Shown: positions 1 to 9,996, counted from the first letter of the stretch. The stretch: 64,000 nucleotides of DNA from an uncultured Candidatus Poseidoniales archaeon (GCA_902530535.1 CACAAP010000003.1:721-64720); one strand, 5' to 3'. Numbers and translations: made by a program. Notes: generated from the letters alone by a model not told the origin.

Positions 1-632
1 ACTTCGAGGTCCTCGCTCATCACGTGAACTGGGTCTTCGGTGAATTCCTCTGTAGCATCTAGTACCTCCTGTGGGAAGGTGGCGCTGAAGAGAAGAGTCT
101 GCTCCCTTTCGCCCATCTTCTCGACGATCCATAGGACGTCGGGAAAGAATCCCATGTCTAGCATCCTGTCTGCCTCGTCTAGGCAGAAGATTCCTATTTC
201 GGAGAGGTCTATGTGGCCCCTCTTGCTCATGTCGATCACACGCCCCGGGGTCCCTACGATCACGTCGACTCCCTTGTCCAGAAGCCTTGCCTGCTTCTCG
301 ATGTCCGTCCCTCCGTAGACAGTCTCGATTCTGAGTCCCTTCTTCCCTTGTAGGGCTTGGAACTCCTCTGCCACTTGTACGGCGAGTTCCCTGGTGGGGC
401 AGAGAACTATCGCCTGCGTCGAACCGTTTGGTTGGCAAGACTCGATGATAGGGATTCCGAAGGCGGCGGTTTTTCCAGAGCCCGTCCTGGCCTGTCCTAC
501 TACGTCCATGCCCTTTCTTGCGAATGGTATGGCCTCAACCTGTATCTGCGTCGGCTCTTCCCAGCCGAGTTGGCCTATGGCATCAGCCACGTGTTTCTCG
601 AGGTCCCAGTCATTGAATGATAGCGAGGTCAT
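1..632 (-). CDS. DEAD-box RNA helicase (3' end runs off the window)
   Basis: Not in the ORF track. Hand translation from ATG at 632 gives MTSLSFNDWDL with Q motif (PTQIQ), Walker A (ARTGSGKT), PTRELA, TPGR, LDEADRMLDMGF and SAT motifs. Confidence 0.93.
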   Translation of the reverse strand, partial: MTSLSFNDWDLEKHVADAIGQLGWEEPTQIQVEAIPFARKGMDVVGQARTGSGKTAAFGIPIIESCQPNGSTQAIVLCPTRELAVQVAEEFQALQGKKGLRIETVYGGTDIEKQARLLDKGVDVIVGTPGRVIDMSKRGHIDLSEIGIFCLDEADRMLDMGFFPDVLWIVEKMGEREQTLLFSATFPQEVLDATEEFTEDPVHVMSEDLE

Positions 633-641
633 CTTTTGACC

Positions 642-929
642 TCAGGACCAGGTCTCAGCTTCTCTGATGTCCTTCTGGAGCTCGCCCATCCAGTATTTCC
701 TGCAATTATCCTTGGTCAGGAACTGGTCCTTGCTGGAGAAACCGTGGTTGTAGTGCCCCTTGTCCGCATTTGCCCACTGGTCTTTCCTGCGCTTGTGGAA
801 CTTCTGAAGGACGTGATTCCTCATGTACTGCCTGAACTTCAGGGCCTTTGTTCTGTTAACTCCTTTTGGGGTTACTCCTTCCCAGAGCCTCTCGAATCGC
901 TCAAGCTTCCCGTCGAAATCGTCACTCAT
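642..929 (-). CDS. Hypothetical protein (95 aa, basic)
   Basis: Fits between the HEAT-repeat gene (4-nt ATGA overlap) and the helicase in an apparent operon. No recognisable motif. Confidence 0.65.
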   Translation of the reverse strand: MSDDFDGKLERFERLWEGVTPKGVNRTKALKFRQYMRNHVLQKFHKRRKDQWANADKGHYNHGFSSKDQFLTKDNCRKYWMGELQKDIREAETWS

Positions 930-2134
930 CTGCCTTCCTCGCTGCCCGGCCGACCTGACTGGCGTTTATCATCCTCACCCATGGCAGAAGGAGAGGGGAT
1001 GTCCTCTACATCGTCGTCTTTGGGCACGTAGTCCGCTGCAGCGAGTTTCAGATTCTTCTCTTGCTCTGTCCCTTCGAAGTCTGGATCCATAGCCAGGGAT
1101 TGCAGTCTCTTTTTGAGACGGGGGTCCTTCTCCTTCTTCAGGAGTTCTCCTGCCGCCTCCCTAAGCTCTTGTCCCGAGAGGATGATCGATATCTGCCTGA
1201 CGCACGCCCTCCTCATCTCGAGGTCCTTGTCAGCGGCTCCCTTGAGTATCATCTGAACTACCCTCGGACTCTGGATATCCAGCTTCTTCAGGGCCTTGAT
1301 CACGGCCCCTCTGATTTGCCTGTCATCCTCGCCGATGCTGGACTCCACCAGTATTGCGGCCACTCTTGGCTCTACGTCAGCGAGTACTGTAAGTGTCTTG
1401 GAAGCGTTTCTTCGTACTCTCACTTCCTCGTCTTGAAGCGACCACCCGATTAGGTCCCATGCCTCGGCACCCCCCTTGGATGCTATCGTCCTTAGGATCA
1501 GGGACCCTCTTATTCGTAGATCATCTTCCTCTTCCCTGATCAGCTCGTCAAGGTGTAGGCATCCTACCTCTGGCCACTCTCTTGATGCTAGCTTCAATGC
1601 CTCGAAGGCATTTCCCCTGTGGTCCTTCCTGCTGTCCCGAAGCTCCCTCCTTAGGATCTCCTCACATCCCGATGGGAATAGGGGTGCCACCTTCTTCAGA
1701 CATGTCATCGCCTCCTCTCTCACAGAATCCTCGTCGTCCACAAGCCTGTCAGAGAGGCAGTGGAGCAATATCCCCTGCCTCCTGAGTGAGAAAGAGGGCA
1801 GGGTCTTCAGAGCTGCGATCCTGACGTCTGGGAAGTCGTCCTCTAATGCATCGACCAAGGAATCGTAAGCACGCGCAGCGTCCTTTTCTGGAACCTTTGC
1901 TAGTGCCTTGATAGCGTCAATCCTTCCTAGGAGCCACCTCTTTCCGTCGGCCAAGATTTCAATCTTCCCAGACTCCCCGTTGGCGAGTGGCAGGATCTCG
2001 TGGGGCTCCAACCTCTGCCACGGCCCGCTATCTGGGGACAAGGCAGCGATCCCGACTCCCTTCCGAGCTCCTTTTCGCTTCGCTCCAATCCTCTCGCCGG
2101 TGCGCGGGTCGCGTGCGATGTACTCCCTAGCCAT
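926..2134 (-). CDS. HEAT-repeat protein
   Basis: Repeated L.D....VR..A...L units (LEDDFPDVRIAALKTL, LVDDEDSVREEAMTCL, LQDEEVRVRRNASKTL). Confidence 0.82.
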   Translation of the reverse strand: MAREYIARDPRTGERIGAKRKGARKGVGIAALSPDSGPWQRLEPHEILPLANGESGKIEILADGKRWLLGRIDAIKALAKVPEKDAARAYDSLVDALEDDFPDVRIAALKTLPSFSLRRQGILLHCLSDRLVDDEDSVREEAMTCLKKVAPLFPSGCEEILRRELRDSRKDHRGNAFEALKLASREWPEVGCLHLDELIREEEDDLRIRGSLILRTIASKGGAEAWDLIGWSLQDEEVRVRRNASKTLTVLADVEPRVAAILVESSIGEDDRQIRGAVIKALKKLDIQSPRVVQMILKGAADKDLEMRRACVRQISIILSGQELREAAGELLKKEKDPRLKKRLQSLAMDPDFEGTEQEKNLKLAAADYVPKDDDVEDIPSPSAMGEDDKRQSGRPGSEEGR

Positions 2135-2230
2135 TGGAATCGCCCGCGGATAGTGCCATCACACTTCAATGAAGCGCGTTTTCGCTCAGGACAACCATCA
2201 AGCACATTGTCGTCTAGCCGGCCTTGAAAT

Positions 2231-2776
2231 ATGTCCCAGGATGTCGAAATTGAGATCTCGAAGCTCCTCCACTCCTCTTTCAGCGGAGGGACCGCTGTAA
2301 GTATGAGGGACCTTTCCAGAATGTGGTCCCTTGAGATGCAGTGGTTTTCTCCAGACTCTGCTTTATCCCTAGCAAGGCGCCTTCACTCGGCCGGTTGGCT
2401 GGTGGGTAGTCAGGCTTCCCTCGAGCCATCCTCCTCGATCCCAGATCACCGTCCCGAGATGGGTTGGCGACCATTCCTGTCAAGGTTCGAAGAGATGCCT
2501 GAGTCACCCGATACGGATGTGGAAGATGAAGCCCCGCCTCCTATGGATAATCCCGCTGAGAAGAATGAGGACGCGGAATCGTCAAGCATCGAAATCCCAT
2601 TGGCAAGAATGGCCTCTATTGTCTCGTCGATGTCCGGCCTCGAGAGGCACGAGGTCCTGAGGAGGGCCGAGAGGAAGAGGAGGGCATTGGGCCCTGTTTC
2701 TCTAGAGATCGCCATACTGCTCCTCGCCAGGGAGCAGAACCTGGAGGTGCGGGAGCTGATTGGGCTTTTGGACTAG
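2231..2776 (+). CDS. DUF2240-like archaeal protein
   Basis: N-terminal SLEMQWFSPDSA motif and C-terminal helical block (EIAILLLARE) resemble archaeal DUF2240. Confidence 0.65.
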   Translation: MSQDVEIEISKLLHSSFSGGTAVSMRDLSRMWSLEMQWFSPDSALSLARRLHSAGWLVGSQASLEPSSSIPDHRPEMGWRPFLSRFEEMPESPDTDVEDEAPPPMDNPAEKNEDAESSSIEIPLARMASIVSSMSGLERHEVLRRAERKRRALGPVSLEIAILLLAREQNLEVRELIGLLD

Positions 2777-5328
2777 GAGCCATTTCCATTGGTCCGCACC
2801 TCTGCCGCAAGCAGGCCCGGAAGTACCAGTAACGCAAGGACAAGCGAGAAGGTCACCGAGATGGAGCTCACGACCCCGAAGTCTCTGATTACTGGGATTG
2901 GGGAGAGCAGCAGAACCATGAATCCGCAAATGGTGGTGCCAGCTGACATCAGGAGCGCCGATCCGGTATGCGCGTACATGTCTCGCATTGCGGGCCAGAT
3001 TGCCATGCCTGAAGCCCTGTTGGACTCGAACCTCCTCCAGACGTGGATAGAGTAGTCGATTCCAAGACCTATGGTAAGTGCGGTGATCATAATCGTCAGG
3101 ACGTTCCAGTTGATTCCCAGGACCGCCATTGAGCCCACGACCCATGATCCAGCAAGGCCCACGGGCAGTATAACCAGCAGAGACTGGCCTATCCTGCGAG
3201 TAAGAGTAGCCAGAACGAGCAGAGAGACGGTTAGGCTGATCGCGGTGGAGCTTACGATAGAGGAAATTAGCCCGGACAGGAGGTTCGAGAGGGTCATCAG
3301 GTCGCCAACGGCGTACGCCCTACCCCCGGTATCCGACGAGACTATGGAAGCCTCCGCCCTCATCTCCTCAGAGATTTGCTCTACCATAGCGCTGCTCTGC
3401 GCCTCGACATCGACTCTGATTCTAAGGTACCTTATCGCAGTACCATCCTCGGTCAGTCCTACGTGCTCCTCGGCCCTCTCCGCCCAAGTGGTACCTCTGA
3501 GCTGGTCTCCAACTGTTTCGTTCTGTAGGAGCGATGAAATGGCCACGGCCAAGTCTCCCTCAACGAAGCTTTCGCTTGGTGCTAGGTCCTCGCCGAAGAC
3601 CTCCAGGTTGTTATCCACCCCGAATGAAGGATCCCGCTCTATCGCATCTGCCACTATCCTGTATATGCTGTCGTAAGAGGCCCATTCGTTGCTAGTGCCC
3701 GGGGCCTCCGTGACCACCGCCCCCTCCATCCTTGCCAAGGAGTCCTCCAGATCTCCAAGAGCCTCTATTAGCCCCTCCTCGCTATCGAATGAGGACTCCC
3801 CTTCGCTCGGCTCTAATAGGATGTAGACCGACTTCAGAGCGTTCACCTCGTAGGATCCGTAGAGGTCTTCCCTGACCTCCATGATATCCATCTCGTCCTC
3901 GGATAGGAAGTCAGTCAACTCAAAGCTGGTGTCAAGTCCCTGCATCGCGACGACTACTGATCCTGCTGTGATTATCGCTACAGATAGGAGGACCATGGGC
4001 GCCTTCCCCCTCTGGAATTCTGCTGCTCTCTCGGCTAGGTTACCCAGCTCAAGACCCCTGCTTCGAGAGGCTCCCATGGTCCTCTCTACGAAAACGTGCA
4101 TTGCCCCTACTGTTACAGTACTCGCCAGAAATGCAGATACTACCCCGAGAGCCAAGGTGGCGCCGAATGTCCTGAGGGGCGGCAAGGGGGAAAGAGAATT
4201 TGCCAGGAATGCGAAGACCGTGGTAGTTACAGCGAGTGATAGTGCAACTCTGAGCTCCATTAGGGCCTTGGCCCACGCCTCTGCGGAGCTGCTGGAACCT
4301 CCCTTGGCCCTCTCGTAAGCCCTCTGTAGGTGTATTGAGTAGTCTATACCTAGGCCGAGAACAACAGGGGCCACCGCTATCTCCAGGATCGAGAATTTCA
4401 TTCCCATCAGGGATATGGCGCCGTACGTCCAAACCAGAGAAGCCAGCAATGCGGTTAGTGGCGCCACAACCATAGTAGCGGATCTGAAGGTAAGTGCAAG
4501 GAGGACTACAACTACGATTACCGCAAGAAGAATTAGCCAGACCAGGTTATCTAGGGTGGACTCGTTGATGTCGTTACTGATTAGATCGTCAGAGATAACT
4601 CCGTACTCGAGAATGGACTGCTCGCTCAACATGCTCCTGATGTCGTTTGCATACCTCTGCCTGTCCTCGCTATCTACATCCCCCCCGATTTCGATGAGCC
4701 AAAGTGTACTGCTTGCGCTGGGTGTCGGGTTCCCAGTACCGCTTTCCAGCCAGTCACAAACCGGAGAGTAGTCCAAGTCTTCGTGTAGCAACGCAGATGA
4801 GGCGAACGCGGCATTAGCTATCGATCGCTCATCGCTTCCAATGGCGTCCCCACACTCTTCGTCTTCCAACACGCTTTCCAGCATTCCTTTCCAGTCATTG
4901 AAGTCCGTCAGATCCCCTGTGTAGTTCCTTTCCTCAAGGAACCTCTGTAGAATCTCAGCTGCATTGATTTGTGACGCGATGAAGTGCCCATTCTCGTCAG
5001 AGTGTGATTGGATTCTCTCATAGTCCTCTGATAGCCTGTGAAGTGCCTTCATCTCCAGTACATTCGCCAGCTGATCATCACTGGCTGACGGCTTCACGTT
5101 GATGTATACCAGATGCGGGGACGAACCTATCGACCCCTCGATCCTCTCCTGGGCCTCGTCGGCTTCCGTCTCGGGAGCGAAAGAAGACAGGTCAGTTGTG
5201 AAAGCAAGGCTTCCCGCTAGGAAATATGCCAGAAATCCAGTTAGGAAAAGACTCACAATTAGGATTGGCAGGGACATCCTGTCAAACGTCTCAGCCAATC
5301 GTCTTGTCATGGCATCCATCCCTGACAT
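2773..5328 (-). CDS. MMPL/RND family transporter
   Basis: Two repeats of a large extracellular loop plus TM bundle, each with GLGIDYSIH. ATG at 5328 preferred over TTG at 5340. Confidence 0.88.
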   Translation of the reverse strand: MSGMDAMTRRLAETFDRMSLPILIVSLFLTGFLAYFLAGSLAFTTDLSSFAPETEADEAQERIEGSIGSSPHLVYINVKPSASDDQLANVLEMKALHRLSEDYERIQSHSDENGHFIASQINAAEILQRFLEERNYTGDLTDFNDWKGMLESVLEDEECGDAIGSDERSIANAAFASSALLHEDLDYSPVCDWLESGTGNPTPSASSTLWLIEIGGDVDSEDRQRYANDIRSMLSEQSILEYGVISDDLISNDINESTLDNLVWLILLAVIVVVVLLALTFRSATMVVAPLTALLASLVWTYGAISLMGMKFSILEIAVAPVVLGLGIDYSIHLQRAYERAKGGSSSSAEAWAKALMELRVALSLAVTTTVFAFLANSLSPLPPLRTFGATLALGVVSAFLASTVTVGAMHVFVERTMGASRSRGLELGNLAERAAEFQRGKAPMVLLSVAIITAGSVVVAMQGLDTSFELTDFLSEDEMDIMEVREDLYGSYEVNALKSVYILLEPSEGESSFDSEEGLIEALGDLEDSLARMEGAVVTEAPGTSNEWASYDSIYRIVADAIERDPSFGVDNNLEVFGEDLAPSESFVEGDLAVAISSLLQNETVGDQLRGTTWAERAEEHVGLTEDGTAIRYLRIRVDVEAQSSAMVEQISEEMRAEASIVSSDTGGRAYAVGDLMTLSNLLSGLISSIVSSTAISLTVSLLVLATLTRRIGQSLLVILPVGLAGSWVVGSMAVLGINWNVLTIMITALTIGLGIDYSIHVWRRFESNRASGMAIWPAMRDMYAHTGSALLMSAGTTICGFMVLLLSPIPVIRDFGVVSSISVTFSLVLALLVLPGLLAAEVRTNGNGS

Positions 5329-5439
5329 CGTCGCGCCCAAAACCTCCCGATGTAAAACTTAGGGGAGGTTTGGTGCTCGTTTGGCTCTGCTTTGGCATGC
5401 AAGCCCTCAAAAGGGCCACTCATGTCGAGCGTCCGTCCC

Positions 5440-5697
5440 ATGCCAGTAAAAGTATTGAAGAACGAGGGCAGAGAACTGCGAATTAGGGTCTTGGACGGAA
5501 ATCACACTGCATTACAGATGTTCAGGTCCCGTCTGAATGATAGGGACGACGTGGAGTATGCTAACTACTTCCAGAACCACCCAGATCTGGATGATCCGGA
5601 GCTGTATGTAAGGTCCGTCAAGGGTAAGAAGGCGGACAAAATTCTCAAAGACATATGCTCAGAGATCGCTAAGGAACTCTCCAGCATCAAGCTTTGA
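5440..5697 (+). CDS. rpoL: DNA-directed RNA polymerase subunit L (Rpo11)
   Basis: 85 aa from ATG 5440 with GNHT...VEYANY..HP motif of Rpo11/RPB11. Confidence 0.85.
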   Translation: MPVKVLKNEGRELRIRVLDGNHTALQMFRSRLNDRDDVEYANYFQNHPDLDDPELYVRSVKGKKADKILKDICSEIAKELSSIKL

Positions 5698-5709
5698 GGG
5701 GGTGATTCC

Positions 5710-7101
5710 CTGAAAGGGAGCGAAATCGAAGAATATCTGGGACTTTCTACTTGGGTAGTGCCATCCGAGGGCATTGGCGGGCTGCTGAAAGCCCGAGTAG
5801 AGGACTTCCGGGTCGAGGAATCATCCAAGGTTCCCGCTTTTGACGAAAAGGGGAGGTTCACAGTCGCAAGGGTGACTATGACGAATTGGGAGACTAATCG
5901 GTACATCAGACGCATGGCGAGATCTTGCGGGATAAACAAGAACAGAATTTTCAGCTCCGGACTGAAGGATAAGAGGGCAATAACCACTCAGGTTTTGGTG
6001 ATAGACGCACCAAGGAAGAAGGTCGAGTCAGTACAGATACCAGATAGCACCATCGAGGTACTGGGGAGGACCCATCAGAAGGCAACCATGGGCGATCATG
6101 ATGGGAACCGATTCACAATTACCGTACGCGGTTGCTGCGATGAATCAGGAAATCCTATTGATGCCAAGGAGGCCATGCGCAGGGTCCACGAGATTAGAGA
6201 GGGCCTTTCCGAGGCCATAGGTTCAGATGCTTTCCCAAATTGGATCGGGCCTCAGCGCTTCGGTTCGGCCAGACCGGTTACACCTGAGGTAGGAAAGGCA
6301 GTAATCGAGGGGGACTTCGAAAGTGCGGTAGACCTCTACGTCGGCATGGAGGGTGCCCGAGAGGGCCAAGAGTCTGAGGACTTCAGATCTTCTTGGAGGA
6401 ATGAAAAGGACCCGGGAAAATCCCTCCAAATAGCCCCAGACAGGCTTGGATACGAGAAATCAATGCTGGAGCACCTTCTCAAGAAACCGGATGACTTTGT
6501 CGGCGCATTCAAGACCCTCCCCAACTCCTTGCAACTCTTGATGGTCCATTCAGCGCAGTCTCTCGCATTCAATCACTCCTTGTGTGGCAGGATGGAATCG
6601 GGAATGCCAATCATCGAACCTGTAGAGGGGGATTTGGTCGCACCGATTCTGTCTAACGGAAGGATTGACGTTGGCAAGATGGCCCGAGTCAGCAGTACGA
6701 ATCTTGAGAGGTGCCAACGAAACTGTGAACTCGGGAGGCTTGCAGTCACTGGTATCCTGCCTGGAAGTGATTCCAATCACGCCAGCTGTGAGCCCGGTGA
6801 TTTCGAAGTCCAAGGCATCGATGCTGCAGGTCTCTCTGATGTGGACTGGGTCGTGAAGGAGATCCCCCGGCTAACTACTTCAGGTACGAGGAGGGCACTT
6901 TCCGTCCCCTTCAGGGACTTGACCGTCGAGCAGGCACCCGATACAAACGACCTTTTCAATCGCTGGGAAGAAGGTCCACTCGAGGGCGATCGCTGGCATC
7001 CCGAAGGGGCTTCTCTCAGACTGAGATTCACCTTACCAGCAGGAGCATACGCAACCGTACTAATGCGTGAGTTCATGAGATCGCCACTCGACCACTACTG
7101 A
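5710..7101 (+). CDS. truD: tRNA pseudouridine(13) synthase TruD
   Basis: GIGG..K...EDFRVEE, GLKDKRAITTQ (catalytic Asp), GNRFTI, FPNWIGPQRFG, F.LPAGAYATVLMRE. Start placed at CTG 5710 after SD-like GGGGGTGA; the ORF track start is 5758. Confidence 0.93.
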   Translation: MKGSEIEEYLGLSTWVVPSEGIGGLLKARVEDFRVEESSKVPAFDEKGRFTVARVTMTNWETNRYIRRMARSCGINKNRIFSSGLKDKRAITTQVLVIDAPRKKVESVQIPDSTIEVLGRTHQKATMGDHDGNRFTITVRGCCDESGNPIDAKEAMRRVHEIREGLSEAIGSDAFPNWIGPQRFGSARPVTPEVGKAVIEGDFESAVDLYVGMEGAREGQESEDFRSSWRNEKDPGKSLQIAPDRLGYEKSMLEHLLKKPDDFVGAFKTLPNSLQLLMVHSAQSLAFNHSLCGRMESGMPIIEPVEGDLVAPILSNGRIDVGKMARVSSTNLERCQRNCELGRLAVTGILPGSDSNHASCEPGDFEVQGIDAAGLSDVDWVVKEIPRLTTSGTRRALSVPFRDLTVEQAPDTNDLFNRWEEGPLEGDRWHPEGASLRLRFTLPAGAYATVLMREFMRSPLDHY

Positions 7102-7368
7102 TCAGAGGCGGCCCATTTCCAAGGCCTCGATTTGTCCCACTAGATCGTCGACCTGCTTGACCCTGTCTTCGAATCCGTCAACGATCCCCTCTCCTTCTCC
7201 CAGAACCGCCTGGACCTCTATATACATCATTCCGAATGCCAGTGGCTTGATCTCCACCTCTTGCACTTCTTCGAAGTCCGAGATTACGCTCGCTATCCCT
7301 TCGTAGTTCGGACCACCATCTTCAGGTTGGTCCAGAGTAACCTTGTACTTCACAACTACATGGCCCAT
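7102..7368 (-). CDS. ef1b: Translation elongation factor aEF-1beta
   Basis: EIKPLAFGM motif, about 88 aa, GAGGTGA SD upstream of ATG 7368, and usual synteny with the Zn-finger gene. Confidence 0.88.
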   Translation of the reverse strand: MGHVVVKYKVTLDQPEDGGPNYEGIASVISDFEEVQEVEIKPLAFGMMYIEVQAVLGEGEGIVDGFEDRVKQVDDLVGQIEALEMGRL

Positions 7369-7378
7369 ATACATCACC

Positions 7379-7555
7379 TCAAGGCCCTACAAAATTGCAC
7401 TCAGGGCACATATACTTCACGGACTGAACCCTGCATTTCTGACTCCTCCCAAGAGGGGCCGAACATACCGGGCAGGGGAAAGAGGTGCTCTCGCTGCCCA
7501 CTAAGGGCGTCCCGGAGGACGCGCATACAGTTGCCCTTCCACTAGTCCCGGCCAT
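7379..7555 (-). CDS. Small zinc-finger protein, HVO_2753/DUF1610 family (58 aa)
   Basis: Below the ORF-track cutoff. Hand translation: MAGTSGRATVCASSGTPLVGSESTSFPCPVCSAPLGRSQKCRVQSVKYMCPECNFVGP. Has FPCPxC and YxCPxCxFxGP, and lies directly upstream of aEF-1beta. Confidence 0.88.
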   Translation of the reverse strand: MAGTSGRATVCASSGTPLVGSESTSFPCPVCSAPLGRSQKCRVQSVKYMCPECNFVGP

Positions 7556-7675
7556 TGACTTGCTGGCGTACTAGGGTCCCTTTTTAGCGTTGATTGTGGT
7601 AATCCAGTGACATCGGGGCATAGAATCTAGCCAAAATTGCTGAAAATTGAAAAGATTGGACTAGTCGAGTTGAAC

Positions 7676-8128
7676 ATGGCCGAGGAAGAAATGAGCCTGA
7701 CTGGGGAGCAATCAGACCTATCAGATTACGTGAATGACGAAGGGGGCATTTGGAGTCTGAGGCAGGTAGAGAAGATCAGAGGTTGGAACAACATCGAGTA
7801 TGGGGCCGGACTCTCGGGAAAGAACACCCCTTCCACTGGGCTCTCTATGAACAGGGCATACATCCCGCCAGGAGGAATAGCGAAGGCACATATCCATGTT
7901 GACTTCGATGTCATGATATACCTCCTGAAGGGAAGTGTCAGGCACGAGTATGGGGAGGGCTGTCGCCAGTCCGTGGTACACAGTGCCGGGGACATGTTCT
8001 ACATCGAACCGGGCCTTCCTCACGAGGTGTTCAATTGCTCAGAAGACGAATGGGTGCATGCGATCGTTTCTAGGTCAGATGCATCTGAGTGGCAGAATAT
8101 CAAGCCATATGACAGAGACTCAGAGTAG
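7676..8128 (+). CDS. Cupin-domain protein
   Basis: AHIH and GDMFYIEPGLPH cupin metal-binding motifs. ATG 7676 is the likely start. Confidence 0.8.
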   Translation: MAEEEMSLTGEQSDLSDYVNDEGGIWSLRQVEKIRGWNNIEYGAGLSGKNTPSTGLSMNRAYIPPGGIAKAHIHVDFDVMIYLLKGSVRHEYGEGCRQSVVHSAGDMFYIEPGLPHEVFNCSEDEWVHAIVSRSDASEWQNIKPYDRDSE

Positions 8129-8866
8129 CTACTCCTTCTTGGGCAGTTTCCTGAATCCAACTATCGGATCAATCTCCTGGTCTAAGTCTTCTTCAACAAC
8201 TATTCCTATCGAGGCCAGATGATCTTCTACGTGCTGCATTGCAGACCCTTCTTTCTTTGGTTCTGGCAGCTTCCTCTGGCAGACGAGATACGTCTCAGAA
8301 GAAGCACTCCTGCTGGCAGTGGGGGAAAACCTCCCAACGGACGAGAATCTCAGCTTAGCAGCCTCAACGAGGCCCTCGATACCTGCTCCTTGGAAGACCT
8401 TCGTAACGAAGCCACCCCCCGGGGCCAGGAGATCCGATGCAACATCCAGTGCCATCGTTGAGAGCTCCAGGGATATTGCCTGATCAGTGTCATACCTGCC
8501 AGTAAGCCTAGGGGAAATGTCACTGATCACGCAGTTGAGTGGTCCTTCCGCAATCTCCCTTGTGATTTCCTCAATCGTTGAGTCATGAGTTATATCCCCG
8601 ACCAATACTGTGGCTCCCTCGACTGGAGATGTGACCAACAGGTCAACCCCGATTACCTTGCCACTCTCCCCGACCTCCTCTACTGCAACTTGAGTCCAAC
8701 CACCGGGGTGACAACCTATGTCCAATACGCAGTCTCCCTTGCGAATGATTCCGAACTTCTCTTGGATCTGCTTTAGCTTGTAAGCTGAGCGTGCCCGATA
8801 CCCCTTCGACTTCGCATCCCTCCTCCAAGGGTCGCGTTTGTTCTCCTGGTACCAGCGTTTGCTCAT
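8129..8866 (-). CDS. rlmE: 23S rRNA 2'-O-methyltransferase RlmE/FtsJ
   Basis: GYRARSAYKLKQI, LDIGCHPGGWTQ, VISDISP, KVFQG and ASRSASSETY motifs. Confidence 0.93.
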   Translation of the reverse strand: MSKRWYQENKRDPWRRDAKSKGYRARSAYKLKQIQEKFGIIRKGDCVLDIGCHPGGWTQVAVEEVGESGKVIGVDLLVTSPVEGATVLVGDITHDSTIEEITREIAEGPLNCVISDISPRLTGRYDTDQAISLELSTMALDVASDLLAPGGGFVTKVFQGAGIEGLVEAAKLRFSSVGRFSPTASRSASSETYLVCQRKLPEPKKEGSAMQHVEDHLASIGIVVEEDLDQEIDPIVGFRKLPKKE

Positions 8867-8942
8867 GCTATCACTCAAGGACTGGTGGTTAAGAATCCGA
8901 ACCATGGATTCCTTCTATTGGGGGCCGTTGTCCATGCCGAAC

Positions 8943-9884
8943 TCAAAGGCCGATTTCTAAAATGAGGTCCCTTGCAGTTTCTCTGATGGCATCCTCGGAC
9001 ATCGCTGTTGGCTCGAAGCCGCTGTCAAGCAGCCTGGTCACATCCAGGTAGGTCTTGGGGACATCTCCGGCCCAACCCCTCTTCCCTCCGGTGTAGGCTA
9101 TCTCGACCCTTTCTAGGCCGCTCTCTTCAATAACGATCTGCGCAATCTTAGAGACGGAGCATGTATCTCCCGTTCCCAAGTTATACAGTACAGAGCCCTC
9201 TTCACCCATCGAGATAATGTGCAGCATAGACCGAACGCAGTCGTGAGCAGACATGTATGACTTCTCCTGGTTCCCATCTCCCAAAACCTCGAGTCTACTA
9301 GGGTTCGACTTGAGTTTGTGAATGAAGTCGAATATCACGCCATGGGTCCCTCTCGGGCCGACAATGTTTGCGAATCTGTGAATGAAGCCCTTAGCTCCGA
9401 ATGTTCCTGCCCAAGCCGTGATTAGGGACTCGCTAGCTAGTTTCGAGGCTCCATACAAGGAAATAGGCATCACTGGGCCGTAGCTCTCCGGCGTAGGCAT
9501 TACGCTGGCCTCCCCATAAACTGCAGACGACGACGCAAAGGAAATCCTACCCACTTCGTTCAAGCGCATAGCCTCGAGGACGTTGTAAGTGGCAAGTGTT
9601 CCTTGCTTCAGGTCTGTATCGGTAACTTCTGTCCCCAGCCTGATATCCGGATTTGCAGCCATATGGTGCACGGTATCGATGCCCTCCATCGCAGCCATTA
9701 TCGCTTCTATATCTAACAGATCTTCATTGAAAATCTCCACAGAACCGTCATCCAGGTGATGTGAAAGGAACTCTTCTCTACCGCTACTGAAGTTGTCTAT
9801 TACTCTCACTTTCTTGCCCTGCTCTACCAAAGCATCGACCAAGTGGGAGCCGATGAAGCCGGCGCCTCCTGTGACAAGCTCCAT
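8943..9884 (-). CDS. NAD-dependent epimerase/dehydratase (UDP-glucose 4-epimerase-like)
   Basis: TGGAGFIGSH Rossmann motif, SSSAVYG, YGASK catalytic motif, GWAGDVP. Confidence 0.9.
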   Translation of the reverse strand: MELVTGGAGFIGSHLVDALVEQGKKVRVIDNFSSGREEFLSHHLDDGSVEIFNEDLLDIEAIMAAMEGIDTVHHMAANPDIRLGTEVTDTDLKQGTLATYNVLEAMRLNEVGRISFASSSAVYGEASVMPTPESYGPVMPISLYGASKLASESLITAWAGTFGAKGFIHRFANIVGPRGTHGVIFDFIHKLKSNPSRLEVLGDGNQEKSYMSAHDCVRSMLHIISMGEEGSVLYNLGTGDTCSVSKIAQIVIEESGLERVEIAYTGGKRGWAGDVPKTYLDVTRLLDSGFEPTAMSEDAIRETARDLILEIGL

Positions 9885-9996
9885 GATATCGGTCCATACA
9901 TCATACTATTGAGTACATCGGAAACCGAATTTTCCTTTTTGTCCATTAATCGGCACATCTGGATAACGCGTATCCGAACGCTTCATTTGGCTTGAG

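Noticed and set aside
5695-5697. Selenocysteine recoding of the rpoL TGA
   Set aside because: RpoL is complete at this stop, no SECIS was recognised, and the SD+CTG explains truD translation.
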